From: Eledone cirrhosa
Lineage: Eukaryota
Length of the DNA stretch: 64,000 nt
Assembly: GCA_964016885.1 (NCBI GenBank)
Contig: OZ024760.1
Span: 10,540,001-10,604,000, forward strand
Direction: 5' to 3'
Shown here in pieces: positions 38,620-51,785 of the stretch. A program made the position numbers and the translations under genes. Each line of letters opens with the position of its first letter. Positions within the stretch are counted from its first letter, which is position 1. A model generated the notes under the pieces. That model was not told the origin of the DNA. It made no database searches and saw only the letters and a program-made list of their open reading frames with translations.

Positions 38620-39695
38620 AATCGCCACAGTGCCGGCCGCATTCCACGCCATGCTGCCCTCAATGAGGTCATTAGGCGTGGCTTGAACGCTGCAGGCTTC
38701 CCTGCCCAGCTCGAGCCGGTGGGGCTGGATCGAGGGGACGGCAGAAGGCCAGATGGCATGACCATCTTCCCGTTTCCCGGTGGCAAACCCCTCGTCTGGG
38801 ATGCCACTTGCACTGACACTTTCTGCAGCTGCAACCTGGTGCAGTAAGCGACTAACCCAGGTTCTCTGCACGTCAGGCTGAGGGGGCCAAACTCCTCAAA
38901 TACCGGTCGCTCTCCGACAGGTTTGCGGTTGTACCCCTGGCAGTGGAGACTTCTGGTGTCCTTGGCCCTAGGGCTACCTCCCTACTCACCACCATAGGCG
39001 CTGAGCTGACTACCCCTGGCAGTGGAGACTTCTGGTGTGCTCGGCCCTAGGGCTACCTCTTTATTCACCACCATAGGCGCTGAGCTGACTACCCCTGGCA
39101 GTGGAGACTTCTGGTGTCCTCGGCCCTAGGGCTACCTCCTTACTCACCACCATAGGCGCTGAGCTGACTACCCCTGGCAGTGGAGACTTCTGGTGTCCTT
39201 GGCCCTAGGGCTACCTCCTTACTCACCACCATAGGCGCTGAGCTGACTACCCCTGGCAGTGGAGACTTCTGGCGTCCTTGGCCCTAGGGCTACCTCCCTA
39301 CTCACCACCATAGGCGCTGAGCTGACTACCCCTGGCAGTGGAGACTTCTGGTGTCCTTGGCCCTAGGGCTACCTCCTTACTCACCACCATAGGCGCTGAG
39401 CTGACTACCCCTGGCAGTGGAGACTTCTGGCGTCCTTGGCCCTAGGGCTACCTCCCTACTCACCACCATAGGCGCTGAGCTGACTACCCCTGGCAGTGGA
39501 GACTTCTGGTGTCCTTGGCCCTAGGGCTACCTCCTTACTCACCACCATAGGCGCTGAGCTGGCCAGCCGCAGGTGTGAGCCCCACGAGTTGGAGTGGCTC
39601 TTCCAGCGCGTCTCCCTCGCCGTCCTCCGGGGAAACGCCTTCTCCATCCTGTCCGCCGGGGCTGTGGATGGGCCCCATCGCGTACCGTTGTAGTT
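38620..39695 (+). mobile_element. CRE-like non-LTR retrotransposon 3' fragment (RLE domain) with internal tandem array
   Basis: [35 protein letters not shown]...[13 protein letters not shown]...LAVETSG.LGP...WLFQR.SLAV.RGNA. Confidence 0.8.
38932..39560. repeat. 79-bp tandem array (8 copies) inside the CRE-like element
   Basis: tacccctggcagtggagacttctggtgtccttggccctagggctacctcc.tactcaccaccataggcgctgagctgac. Confidence 0.95.
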
Positions 39696-40754
39696 GTAGA
39701 AGAAACCAGAGCTAAATAGCAAAGTGATATTAATTGTTTCTACTTTAGGCACAAGGCCAGCAATTACCCAGTGCATTACTGGTACTTTATTTTATCGACC
39801 CCGTAAGGATGAAAGGCAAAGTCAACCTCGGCGGGATTTGAACTCAGATCGTAAAGGGACGTAACTATGCTAGAAAGCATGGCGTCCGACTCTCTACCAA
39901 TACTGCCAATCCACCGCAGTCAGCCACTAATTACCTCCCTTTCATTCATTCCTCACCCATCTTGAAGTGTTGTATTTATTATCTCCATTAGAAATCATCA
40001 TCATAATTATTATTACTCCATGTTAGGGTGGTGGAGTGGCAGAATCAGTAGAGCATCCAACAACATGCTTTGCGGCATATAGTTACATCCCTTTATGTTT
40101 TAAGCTCAAATCCCGCTAAGGTTAGCTTCGCTTTCCGTCCTTACAGGAGTCCATAAAATAAAAGTATCCTTCCGCTTGGGCTGGTACCAACCACACACCC
40201 TCCAATTCCTCACCTGTCCTGGTACCCCGTTCTCCTCCCTCCTCACGTCAGGCCAGGTACCCCTACTTCTGTCCCGGTACCACCCTACTCCTCCTCCAAT
40301 GCAAGAGAGATATGGTGTTATATGGACAACAACGTGATGTAAGGGAAGTAACTCTAAAAGCTGTCCTTGCCGTATAGCTCTCCAGTTAAAAAGTATATGA
40401 AAGGACAGACCACCATTTTGCTACCCTTTTTCTGATTCTCAGCAAGAATTATTGTTTGTACAGTTGGTTTATGGTTTTCTTCTACTATATTTAATGGCAA
40501 TAAAGGGTAATTTACTAAAACAGATCAATATTCATATTGATCAATATTTTTAACAGTTGGTCAATTAGTGATAAACATTGATTGCCAGCTAAATTATTTA
40601 TAGAAATATAAAGATATACTGAACGAAAACCAAACCAAACAGTGAGTGTGTTTTACTATATTTTTCTGGCATTATTAGACCAAAAGTGTAAACCAGGTAA
40701 TACAAAACGGTGCCACACTCAATGACTGGTGTAGCAGCATCATCATCAACTGCT

Positions 40755-41390
40755 AAGGGGTAAAGGGATGCTCTAGACAGAAAACTATAGAGGCATTAAG
40801 TTGGTTGACCAGGTCATGAAGGTCACAGAAAGAGTTATAGCACAGCTGATTAGGGGATGAGTTCACCCAGATGAGATGCCATATGGATTTGTGCCAGGTA
40901 AAAGCACCTCAGATGCCCTCTTCCTTGTTAGGCAACTGCAGGAGAAGTACCTAGCTAAAGGTAAACCCCTCTACTTGGCTTTTGTGGACATGGAGAAAGC
41001 TTTTAACAAAGTCACCCATGCCATTATCTGGTGGACTCTTAAAAATCTAAGAGTAGACGAATAGCTTGTGAGGGCAGTACAAGCCATGAGAGGAACAGTT
41101 AGCAAAGTTAGAATTAACAATGGATATAGTGAAGAATTTAGCGTGGTGTCCATTGAGGCTCAGTTCTTAGCCCTCTCCTGTTTATTATTGTCTTGCAAGC
41201 TATAATGGAGGATGACAGCTGATTAAAAAGGTGCATAGTGTTCAAAATCAATGGAAGCTAAGGAGTGGGCAGGCCTAGGAAGACTTGCAATGAGCTGATA
41301 AAAGCTGCCCTTGCCCAATTGCACCTCTCAAAGACAATGACTCAGGACCAAGATTTCTGGCGCTATACAATAAACAGAAGACTTGCCTTC
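40755..41390 (+). mobile_element. RTE LINE RT fragment, degenerate
   Basis: YRGIKL...MKV.ERV; YGFVPGKSTSDA.F.VRQLQEKY.AK.KPLY.AFVD.EKAF. Confidence 0.8.
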
Positions 41391-41755
41391 TCATATGCAG
41401 AAGCTGAGGTATACATCTAGTATGCACCATCACCTATGTTATCACTCCACACTTATACCTACCCCTCTAATTCCCTATGCATTCCCCCACCCAAGTCCCC
41501 AGTTCACACCATCCTGAAGCCACAACAAAAGGCACCCAGTCCACACTGTAAAGTGCTCGTGTAGGTGTCATGACAAAAAGCACCCAGTACACACAGTAGA
41601 TATGGTTGGCATTAGGAAGGGCATCCAGCTGTAGAAACCAAGTCAGAAACAGTTCTGTATGAGGAAAACACTGTTCTCCAACCTGGCTGTCTCACAACGG
41701 GACAACTTGTCTTACCTATGCTAGCAGGTAAAATGGACATTAAATGATGATGATG

Positions 41756-41801
<46 letters not shown>

Positions 41802-41858
41802 AGGGCGTCCTTCTCTGAAGACCTTCTGCTGTCCAGCTCTCCAGAGTTTCTTATTATT

Positions 41859-41897
<39 letters not shown>

Positions 41898-42011
41898 ACC
41901 CTACAATCTCCTGTAATGACCTATAGATTAATGGACCTTGTGTATGTGTGTTATAAGTGTATATGTATGTATGTGTGCGTATATGTAAATATGCATGTAT
42001 ATATGTGTGCA

Positions 42012-42043
<32 letters not shown>

Positions 42044-42465
42044 CTTACATGTGTATGCATATATATAAAAATAAAAACTAATTTTAAAAATGGGAATTTT
42101 TTTTCAAAATTGAGAAAAATATTTTTTGTGGTTGTTTATTAGTTATTATATTACTTTGTTGTTGTTACTGTTGTTGTTGTTACTGTTGTTGTTGTTACTG
42201 TTGTTGTTGTTGTTACTGTTGTTGTTACTTTTATTATATTTTTATTGTTGATTCAGTGACGATTGTATTTGTTGTTGGTGTTGTTGTTATTGTTGTTGTT
42301 ACTGTTGTTATTGTTATTATTACTGTTGTTGTTACTGTTGTTGTTATTGTTGATTCATTGATAGTTGTTGTGGTTATTGTAGTTATTGGTAACAAAGAAC
42401 GCTGTGGTTCATTTAAATTAATTTGATAATTATTCAATGAATTTAATTATAAATTAAATGTCCTT

Positions 42466-43229
42466 TCAATCGAAATCGCTGTCAAAGTCATTATCATCAT
42501 CATCTACTTCAGGAACTGCTCGTGGAATCATGGCAGATATTTTGTCCATCACGCTACCTCCGTCAAGCGATTGTTCCTTTTCCTTGTTAGCACTGACGGG
42601 CTTTGTAGGGTTTCCCGAGATTCCCCGCCGTCTCATGCACAGTTTCTTCATCAGGTCGCCCATTAAGTCACCACCACTACCACCACCACCACCACCACCA
42701 TCATCGATAGGGTCTTTACTCTTCTTTGATCCCTTTGGAGACTCCTTGACATTCTTCAGCTTTGACTTGCCGGCAGCTGCCCTAATCGATGCCATGAGGT
42801 TGGACCGTCCGTCAGAGCCAACTGGGGCAGTGCCCTTCTCGGAAGAGTCTTCTTCAGCACTTGGTGGCGCCGGTGGTGGTGGTGGTGGTGGTGGTGGTGG
42901 TGGTGGTGGTGCGGCTACTGCTCCGTCTGATGGTGGCGGCGGCGGTGGGGGTGGTGGAGGTGGTGGTGGCGGTGCTGCAGAAGGTGGTGGGGGCGGCGGT
43001 GGGGGTGCAGAAGGTGGTGGTGGTGGAGCAGCAGCAGCAGCAGAAGAGAAGCTCTGTTGTGGCTCAGGTGACAACGTGCTGTTGGCACCACCACTGATCC
43101 CACCTGACACTGAAGCAGACATCAAAGAATCATTATCTCCTATAGTGGGAAGGTCAGGTATACTACTAGGGACAGAAGGAGCAATGGATGGGCCAAGTTC
43201 AGCCATATAGGACACATCATGAGCAACAC
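42466..43229 (-). CDS. WASH1: WASH1 coding exon 3 (poly-proline + VCA: WH2, central, acidic)
   Basis: GVA.D.SY...GPSIAPS; polyPro; GRSNLMASIRAA.GK.KLK (WH2); GGDLMGDL..KL.MRRRGISG; acidic tail; TGA at 42466; spliced total 497 aa. Confidence 0.95.
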
Positions 43230-43836
43230 CTGCAGGAAGACAGAAACATTAATCAAGACATGACAACACACCTGACTTAATTAAAAAATATATATTTTAA
43301 CCCTTTTCTGTCCCAAGTTGTCCAAACCCACCCCTGGTTCTATGATACAAAACATTGTTTTAAAGTATTTATATTTATCTAAAAACATCCCATCATAATT
43401 TGAAGCAAAAACCTTTGTTAAATTATATATCAATGAGAAAGTTATATTACTAAATCCCACTTAATCAATTATATTACTAAATCCCACTTCATCATCATCA
43501 TCATCATTTCATTTTACGTCCACTTTTTCCCTGCTTGCAAGGGTGGGACGGGAACTGATTCTGGCTTGATTTCTACAGCTGGATGCCCTTCCTAACACCA
43601 ACCTCATTTACAGTGAGTGCTGGCTGCTTTTCTGCCGTGGCACCTCCACGACCACTTTGCAGTGGAATGATAGGGACCCCAGTTCCTATCATCTCATTTC
43701 TACAGCTGAGTAAAGTGGAGCAACGTGAAATAAAGTGTCTTGCTCAAGGAAACAACACATCACCCGGTCTGAGAATTGAACTCACAACCTTTCGATTGCA
43801 AGGCCAATGCTCTAACCACTAAGCCATGTGCCTCCA

Positions 43837-44180
43837 TAATCAATTATATTACTAAATCCCACTTAATCAATTATATTACTAAATCCCACTTAATCAATTA
43901 TATTACTAAATCCCACTTAATCAATTATATTACTAAATCCCACTTAATTATATTACTAAACCCCACTTAATCAATTATATTACTAAACCCCACTTAATCA
44001 ATTATATTACTAAACCCCACTTAATCAATTATATTACTAAACCCCACTTAATCAATTATATTACTAAATCCCACTTAATCAATTATATTACTAAATCCCA
44101 CTTAATCAATTATATTACTAAATCCCACTTAATCAATTATATTACTAAATCCCACTTAATCAATTATATTACTAAATCCC
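43837..44180. repeat. 27-bp minisatellite (two more units at 43442-43490, left of a SINE insertion)
   Basis: taatcaattatattactaaatcccact. Confidence 0.93.
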
Positions 44181-44344
44181 TATATTTAATGACTTCAAAG
44201 ACCTACACCCTGGGCACACAACAATTTTGAGTTGATAAATTTTAGAAAAAAAAAAGTCTAACAAAATTACTAACATAGCCTTCAACCTCCAAGAGAGAGG
44301 GGGTGAAATATCCAGGGATCTTTTGAGGGAGAAAACATTGCTTT

Positions 44345-44636
44345 GCATGTTGGGAAATATGGTATTGGTGGGGAGGGGGTATAGTCCCTTCCTTGTTGGG
44401 AAATATGGTAAAGGGGGGGGGGGGGGTCGTATAGTCCTTCCATAATGGGAAATATGGTAAAGGAGGGGTGCAGTCCCTTCCATGTTGGGGAATATGGTAA
44501 GGGGGGGGGGGGGTAGCCCCTTCCATGTTGGGAAATATGGTAATGGTGGGGAGGGGCTATAGTCCCTTCCATGTTGGGAAATATGTTAAGGGGGGGGGGG
44601 GGGGGGGTAGTCCCTTCCATGTTGGGAAATATGGTA
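44345..44636. repeat. ~55-60-bp repeat with long G-tracts
   Basis: atgttgggaaatatggtaa(g)n tagtcccttcc, about 5 copies. Confidence 0.8.
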
Positions 44637-44812
44637 TTAAACAAAAAAAATGAATCAATAAACCATGTCTAACCCTTTAGCATTTAAACTGGACATATCT
44701 GGCCAGAATTCTCTCACCTCTTTCTGTTCAAACCAGCTGTAACTGGCCACTCATACTTATGTTAATGTATTGTTCTTAAAATAAGTAATATGAAAATCTC
44801 AATGATTCGATA

Positions 44813-46122
44813 TTATGTAGGATAATTATGTGAGGTAAAGTGTTTACCATGAAAATACAATAGTATATATAGAGTAATGTGAATGTTATGTGAGGTAATT
44901 ATGTGAGGTAAAGCCTTTACCATGAAAATACAATAGTATATATAGAGTAATGTGAATGTTATGTGAGGTAATTATGTGAGGTAAAGCCTTTACCATGAAA
45001 ATACAATAGTATATATAGAGTAATGTGAATGTTATGTGAGGTAATTATGTGAGGTAAAGCCTTTACCATGAAAATATAATAGTATATATAGAGTAATGTG
45101 AATGTTATGTGAGGTAATTATGTGAGGTAAAGCCTTTACCATGAAAATACAATAGTATATATAGAGTAATGTGAATGTTATGTGAGGTAATTATGTGAGG
45201 TAAAGCCTTTACCATGAAAATACAATAGTATATATAGAGTAATGTGAATGTTATGTGAGGTAATTATGTGAGGTAAAGCCTTTACCATGAAAATATAATA
45301 GTATATATAGAGTAATGTGAATGTTATGTGAGGTAATTATGTGAGGTAAAGCCTTTACCATGAAAATACAATAGTATATATAGAGTAATGTGAATGTTAT
45401 GTGAGGTAATTATGTGAGGTAAAGCCTTTACCATGAAAATACAATAGTATATATAGAGTAATGTGAATGTTATGTGAGGTAATTATGTGAGGTAAAGCCT
45501 TTACCATGAAAATACAATAGTATATATAGAGTAATGTGAATGTTATGTGAGGTAATTATGTGAGGTAAAGCCTTTACCATGAAAATATAATAGTATATAT
45601 AGAGTAATGTGAATGTTATGTGAGGTAATTATGTGAGGTAAAGCCTTTACCATGAAAATACAATAGTATATATAGAGTAATGTGAATGTTATGTGAGGTA
45701 ATTATGTGAGGTAAAGCCTTTACCATGAAAATACAATAGTATATATAGAGTAATGTGAATGTTATGTGAGGTAATTATGTGAGGTAAAGCCTTTACCATG
45801 AAAATACAATAGTATATATAGAGTAATGTGAATGTTATGTGAGGTAATTATGTGAGGTAAAGCCTTTACCATGAAAATACAATAGTATATATAGAGTAAT
45901 GTGAATGCTATGTGAGGTAATTATGTGAGGTAAAGCCTTTACCATGAAAATACAATAGTATATATAGAGTAATGTGAATGTTATGTGAGGTAATTATGTG
46001 AGGTAAAGCCTTTACCATGAAAATACAATAGTATATATAGAGTAATGTGAATGCTATGTGAGGTAATTATGTGAGGTAATGCCTTTACCATGAAAATACA
46101 ATAGTATATATAGAGTAATGTA
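44813..46122. repeat. 73-bp satellite (~18 copies) expanded inside a TTAA-MITE in WASH1 intron 2
   Basis: ttatgtgaggtaattatgtgaggtaaagcctttaccatgaaaatacaatagtatatatagagtaatgtgaatg; MITE ends at ~44671 and ~46137. Confidence 0.95.
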
Positions 46123-46260
46123 AATACCGAAGGGTTAAAGAAAAAAAACAACTCTGTAAAATTGTAAATAAAAAACAAAACAAAAAAAAAGTCCAGATGT
46201 GGCATGTGTTGCTATGGATACAGTTGCTATGGATACAGTTGCTATGTTACTAATACCAAC

Positions 46261-46469
46261 CTGGTAAGTCAGGTAAAGATGTTGGTGCAGTGATCTCTGG
46301 AACATTCCCAATACTAGGAACGTAGAAATAGTTGTCAGCTTCCAACCTTTTGATCTCTTCGTTGTTGGCAATACTGGTAGGAGCCTCAGTCAAGCCGTCG
46401 TCCTCTCCTATATCCTGGCGCGTCTTTGTCACCACACCCAACGGATCAAGCATCACATACTTTTTGTAG
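46261..46469 (-). CDS. WASH1: WASH1 coding exon 2
   Basis: LYKKYVMLDPLG...L.EAP.SI...NYFYVPSIGNVPEI..P.SLPDLPG; frame consistent with exon 1. Confidence 0.95.
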
Positions 46470-46495
46470 CTAGAAAATGGAGACAGTAATAGGGT

Positions 46496-46992
46496 TAATG
46501 TCCTGCACCACATGACACCACATTAACACGACATAATGTCCTGTATCACATGACACCACATTAACACGACATAATGTCCTGTATCACATGACACCACATT
46601 AACACGACATAATGTCCTGTACCACATGACACCACATTAACACGACATAATGTCCTGCACCACACAACACCACATTAACAAGACACAATGTCCTGTATCA
46701 CACAACACCACATTACCAAGACATAATGTCCTGTATCACACAACACCACATTACCAAGACATAATGTCCTGTATCACACAACACCACATTAACACGACAT
46801 AATGTCCTGTATCACACAACACCACATTACCAAGACATAATGTCCTGTATCACACAACACCACATTACCAAGACATAATGTCCTGTACCACATGACACCA
46901 CATTAACAAGACATAATGTCCTGTATCACACAACACCACATTACCAAGACATAATGTCCTGTACCACATGACACCACACTAACAAGACATTA
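46496..46992. repeat. 39-bp minisatellite, ~13 copies
   Basis: taatgtcctgtatcacacaacaccacattaccaagaca. Confidence 0.92.
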
Positions 46993-49678
46993 TTTTGACT
47001 CTTAATATCTTGTAGCATATTAGCAAGATATTTTTGAAAAGTAGAAAACATCACTATGACTACATCACATTAAATATTAAAGTTTTTAATCTAATACTAC
47101 AAATGTTCACAACACGCTGTCCACTAATCTATATATATAAAAGAGAGATGTTTATTGGTTGGTTGGTTTCATGACAAAAAGCACCCAGTCCACTCTGTAA
47201 AGTGTGTAGGTGTCATAACAAAAAGCACCCAGCCCACACTGTAAAGTGGTTGTGTAGGTGTCATGATAAAAAACACCCAGCCCACACTGTAAAGTGGTTG
47301 TGTAGGTGTCATGATAAAAAGCACCCAGCCCACACTATACAGTTGTGGTGTAGGTGTCACGACAAAAAGCACCCAGCCCACACTGTACAGTCGTGGTGTA
47401 GGTGTCACGACAAAAAGTACCCAGCCCACACTGTTTAGTCGTTGTGTAGGTGTCACGACAAAAAGCACCCAGCCCACACTGTTTAGTCGTTGTGTAGGTG
47501 TCATGACAAAAAGCACCCAGCCCACACTGTTTAGTGGTTGTGTAGGTGTCACGACAAAAAGCACCCAGCCCACACTGTTTAGTGGTTGTGTAGGTGTCAC
47601 GACAAAAAGCACCCAGCCCACACTGTTTAGTCGTTTTGTAGGTGTCACGACAAAAAGCACCCAGCCCACACTGTAAAGTGGTTGTGTAGGTGTCACAACA
47701 AAAAGCACCCAGCCCACACTGTAAAGTGGTTGTGTAGGTGTCACGGCAAAAAAGCATCCAGCCCACACTGTACAGTGGTGGTGTAGGAGTCACAACAGAA
47801 AGCACCCAGCCCACACTGTAAATGTAGTTGGCGTTAGGAAGGGCACCCAACTGTAGAAATCTAGCCAGAAACAATTCTGTATGAGCAAGACATTGTCACC
47901 AGACCCAACTTGCCTCAAATGAGGCAACCTGTTTAACCTATGCTAGCGTGGAAGGTGGACGTTAAATGATCGTGATGACTGAAATACTCCAGTAAAGAAG
48001 AGAAAGAGGAAGAAAATCAAACTATTTCCAATTGAATTATATTTTTACAATATACATTAACCACTCATTATATAGTTCCCACTTGTATATGTTTGTGAAG
48101 CCGAATGGCCTAATGGTTAGGATGGTTGACGTAGGATCGTAATATTGTTGGTTTGATTCCTGGACAGGTGTTGTGTACTTGAGCAAGACACTTTATTTCA
48201 CGTTGCTCCAGTACACTCAGCCGACAGTGAGGACCAGCAGTAGCTGGGACGTTAATCTTATGATAGACCAGCATCCTATCCAGGGAGACTCTTGTAGTCG
48301 CAGTCTCTTAATGCAAAGGAAACCAGGGATAAGCACTGGCCTGTTCCAGTACATTCAGCTGTGAGTGAAGACCAGTAGTAGCTAAGGAGTTAATCCTGCA
48401 ATAGACTGGCGTCCTGTCCAAGGAAAGTCTTGTACTCTCAGTTGCTTAATGCCAAGAAAACCGATGATAAGCACTTGCCTGATGAGTCTTTAACTAACCA
48501 TCTATGAGGTGGCATCCCATGAGGAGTTTCTTAGGTGTCCCAATCTTCTTATATAATAATGAAAATTATTGTGTACAGTGCTCAGGTGCACTACAACTCA
48601 TCAAAGGTGCATGTATAGTAACAGAGAATAATTGTTTCTACTTTTGGCACAAGGCCAGCAATTATCCCAGTGTATTACTGGTACTTCATTTTATCGACCC
48701 CGTAAGGATAAACGGCAAAGTTAACTTCAGTGGGATTTGAACTCAGATCATAAAGGGCCGTAACTCTTTGTTGCAAAGCATGGCGTCCGACCCTCTACCG
48801 ATACTGCCAATCCACCACCCTAACATAGAATAATGTACAATTGTCAGGAAAATGAACAATGTATGAGTCATGATACACACAGACACATTGTGTACATATA
48901 CTGAAAGACATCCCATCTGATGCTCTACCAATTTTTCCAAACCACCACCCTGGACTGGTATTTTAACCCTTTAGTGTTCAAACTGGCCCAAACCATCCAG
49001 AATTCTCTACCTCTTTCTGTTGAAACTGGCTGTAACTGGTCACTCAAACTGATGTTAAGGTATTGTTCTCAAAATAAATACTTTCAAAATCTCATAGATT
49101 CGATATTATGTGAGATAATTATGTGAGGTAAAGCCTTTACCATGAAAATACAATAGTATATATAGAGTAATGTGAATGTTATGTGAGATAAAGCCTTTAC
49201 CATGAAAATACAATAGTATATATAGAGTAATGTGAATGCTAAAGGGTTATTCATCAAACCCAGAAGTTATCCTCAGCAAGATTTGAACTCTTGAGAGAAA
49301 TAAAAACAAATACAGCTAGGTATTTAATTAGACAACAATTTGTCACCCTTACATCAGTGTCACAGCAACAACAGCAGTAAACAACAAACACAACAACAAC
49401 CACTACAACAAGTAGAACAACAGCAACAACAACAGTAACAACCACAACAACCAATCACAGCAACAACAACAACAACAGTGGCAACCACAACAACAATATG
49501 AACTACAACAACAACTACAATCACAGCAACAACAACAACCACAATCACAGCAACACCACCCACAATCACAGCAACAACAACAACAGCAACACCACCCACA
49601 ATCACAGCAACAACAACCACAGCAACACCAACCACAATCACAGCAACAACAACAACAACAAGCACAACAGCAACTTAC

Positions 49679-50199
49679 AGGTTTTCAGAAGTATTAAAAA
49701 GCAGCAATGTTGAGATAGAAGGAATATTGTGAGGGAGACGACCAAGACCTTCGCCCTCCCCTGTGCATTGTTTACTTTTCAAATTGAGGTGGACATTGTA
49801 GAACTGTAACTTCTCTTTAAGGACTTTCTCGTCAACTGCTGTGTGTTTATGGGCTTGCAGCTTGGTGTGGCTCTTTTTAAAGGTCTTCCGGCACTGCTTG
49901 TCTCGAAACATGCTGTTGTATTCATCAAGATACTCGCCTGAAGGGAACTTGGCTGAAGCAAACACCCTGGTGGCCTTGTTGCTACCTTTCAATTTCTCGA
50001 CCTTCGCTTCAGCAATGCCAACCCGATCATTCACTTTGGCCAAACGCTGAAGATTCTCGTTGACCTTCTGATTGATGCGGTCAAATATATCATCGGTCAC
50101 TTGGTACAGATACTGCAATGTGTCAGCAATTTGAATTATCGTATCCTCCTGCCATAGATCAGGGGGGATTGTAGGAATGTGGTAAATCTGGTTAGACAT
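49679..50199 (-). CDS. WASH1: WASH complex subunit 1, coding exon 1 (WAHD domain)
   Basis: IPPDL..E.TI.QIAD.LQYL..V..DIF.RI...K.KGSNKA..VFASAKFP...GEGLG.LP..I.SIS.LLLFNTSEN; donor GTAAGT. Confidence 0.95.
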
Positions 50200-50845
50200 G
50201 TTGCTTTAATGTGTTGTCACAGGTAAGAACAGGTAACATCTGTTGGCAGGGTTAACACAACAGCACCATGGAAATATTTACTGCATCTGAAAAGGGAAAA
50301 CAATTAAATAATTAACATTTTTCCTGGTACAGACATGTTATGTGTAGAGATGGTTGGTGGGGTGGAGGAAGACTGCTCTGGTACAGACATGTGTATTGAT
50401 GGTGGTTTGTGGGTGAAGACTGCTCTGGTACAGACATGTAGTGTGTAGAGATGATGGTTGGTGAGTGAAAACTGCACTGGTACACACCCTAATATGCACA
50501 CACATTTGCTCACAGCTTCGTACTTACAAACACATACACACACACTCATACTTACATATACACACACATATCTTCTTGGCTTCATATAGACGCATAAAAA
50601 CACACACATCTATGCATGCACACACATACAGCTCTATATACAAAACGTTTTTTTCCCTTTCAGATAGACACGCTTGATCACCACCTTTTAAAACAAGATT
50701 ATCATACACAAAAGTCCAGCATCAACAGTTTTCCTAGAGATGGCGACATCAATCGGCCTGTTATTTTTCTCTAAAAAATGCTTTTTTGTTTCCGCCACTG
50801 CCCTTCTCCTCATTCTTTTTATTTCTTCTTTAATTTCTCATTCTA

Positions 50846-50881
50846 TTTTCTGATGAAGGACTAGCGTCCAAAATGTTAAGA
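50846..50881 (+). ncRNA. Degenerate hammerhead, same element family as 24625-24915
   Basis: CTGATGA-a-ggac(tagc)gtcc-AAAATGTTaaga (GAAA mutated); about 200 bp upstream is similar to 24625-24800. Confidence 0.45.
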
Positions 50882-50899
50882 CTCTTTTCCTATAAATAT

Positions 50900-51785
50900 G
50901 AAATATAGAAGGATTTCCTTGTTAAGCCTCCCCGGTAAAGTCTATGCTAAATGTCTGGAAAAGAGATGTAGGGACATTGTCAAGTCCAAGCTAGCTGATT
51001 AACAGTATAGTTTTCGCCCTAGACACAGAACAGCCAGCCAAATATTCACACTGCAGCAGGTCTTTGAGAAATCATGGGATTACTGCCAAGAGGTGTATTC
51101 TTGTTTTGTAGATCTTGAAAAGGCATATAACCACATTCCAGAGGACCTGTTGTGGAAGGTTCTGCAGGAATATGGGATCAATGGTCAGCTTCTTATTGCC
51201 CTGATGTCTCTATTTGAATGTCCGAGTATGTGTGTTTGGATAAATGGTGCTTAATCGAAATCATTCAATATGAGAGCCAGACACCGCCAAGGGTGCGTAC
51301 TGTCACCTCTCCTGTTCATTATTTTCATGGGCGGTGGATTGGCTGGCAGTATCGGCAGAGCGTCAGACACCATGCTTCGCAGCTTAGAATTATGCCCCAT
51401 TACGTTCTGAGTTCGAATCCCGCCAAGGTTAATTTTGCCTTTCATCCTTACGGGGTCGATAAAATAAAGCACCAGTAATGCACTGGGGTAATTGCTGACC
51501 TTGTGCCATTTGTAGAAACAATTATTTTTGTGAACAGGATTGACACGAGCAGGGAAATGGTTGAAAGAATACGATACAAACAAGCAGCCAAAATGGCGTT
51601 CCTCAAAAGGGTCTTTGGAGTAACATTACGAGCAAGATGGTTGGATAACATCCATGAATTTAGCTGGTCTTGCTTGGGGATATAGCTGAATCAATTGGAA
51701 ATAGTTGCTTCTGAGAGGACCCACTGGAAGAAGTGTTTGAGGATTCTTCCCCCACCCTCTCACCAATAAGTGGGCGAAGAAGAAG
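50900..51785 (+). mobile_element. Second RTE-type LINE family RT fragment, interrupted by a SINE
   Basis: YRRISLLSLPGKVYAK.LE; CFVDLEKAY..IP...LW.VL.EYG; RQGCVLSPLLFII; (GAA)n tail. Confidence 0.75.

Noticed and set aside
38932-39560. CRISPR-like regular repeat (also 44813-46122, 61878-62420)
   Set aside because: Contiguous tandem units with no unique spacers, no cas genes, eukaryotic context
42458-43210. 250-aa plus-strand ORF
   Set aside because: Antisense shadow of the GC-rich poly-Pro WASH1 exon
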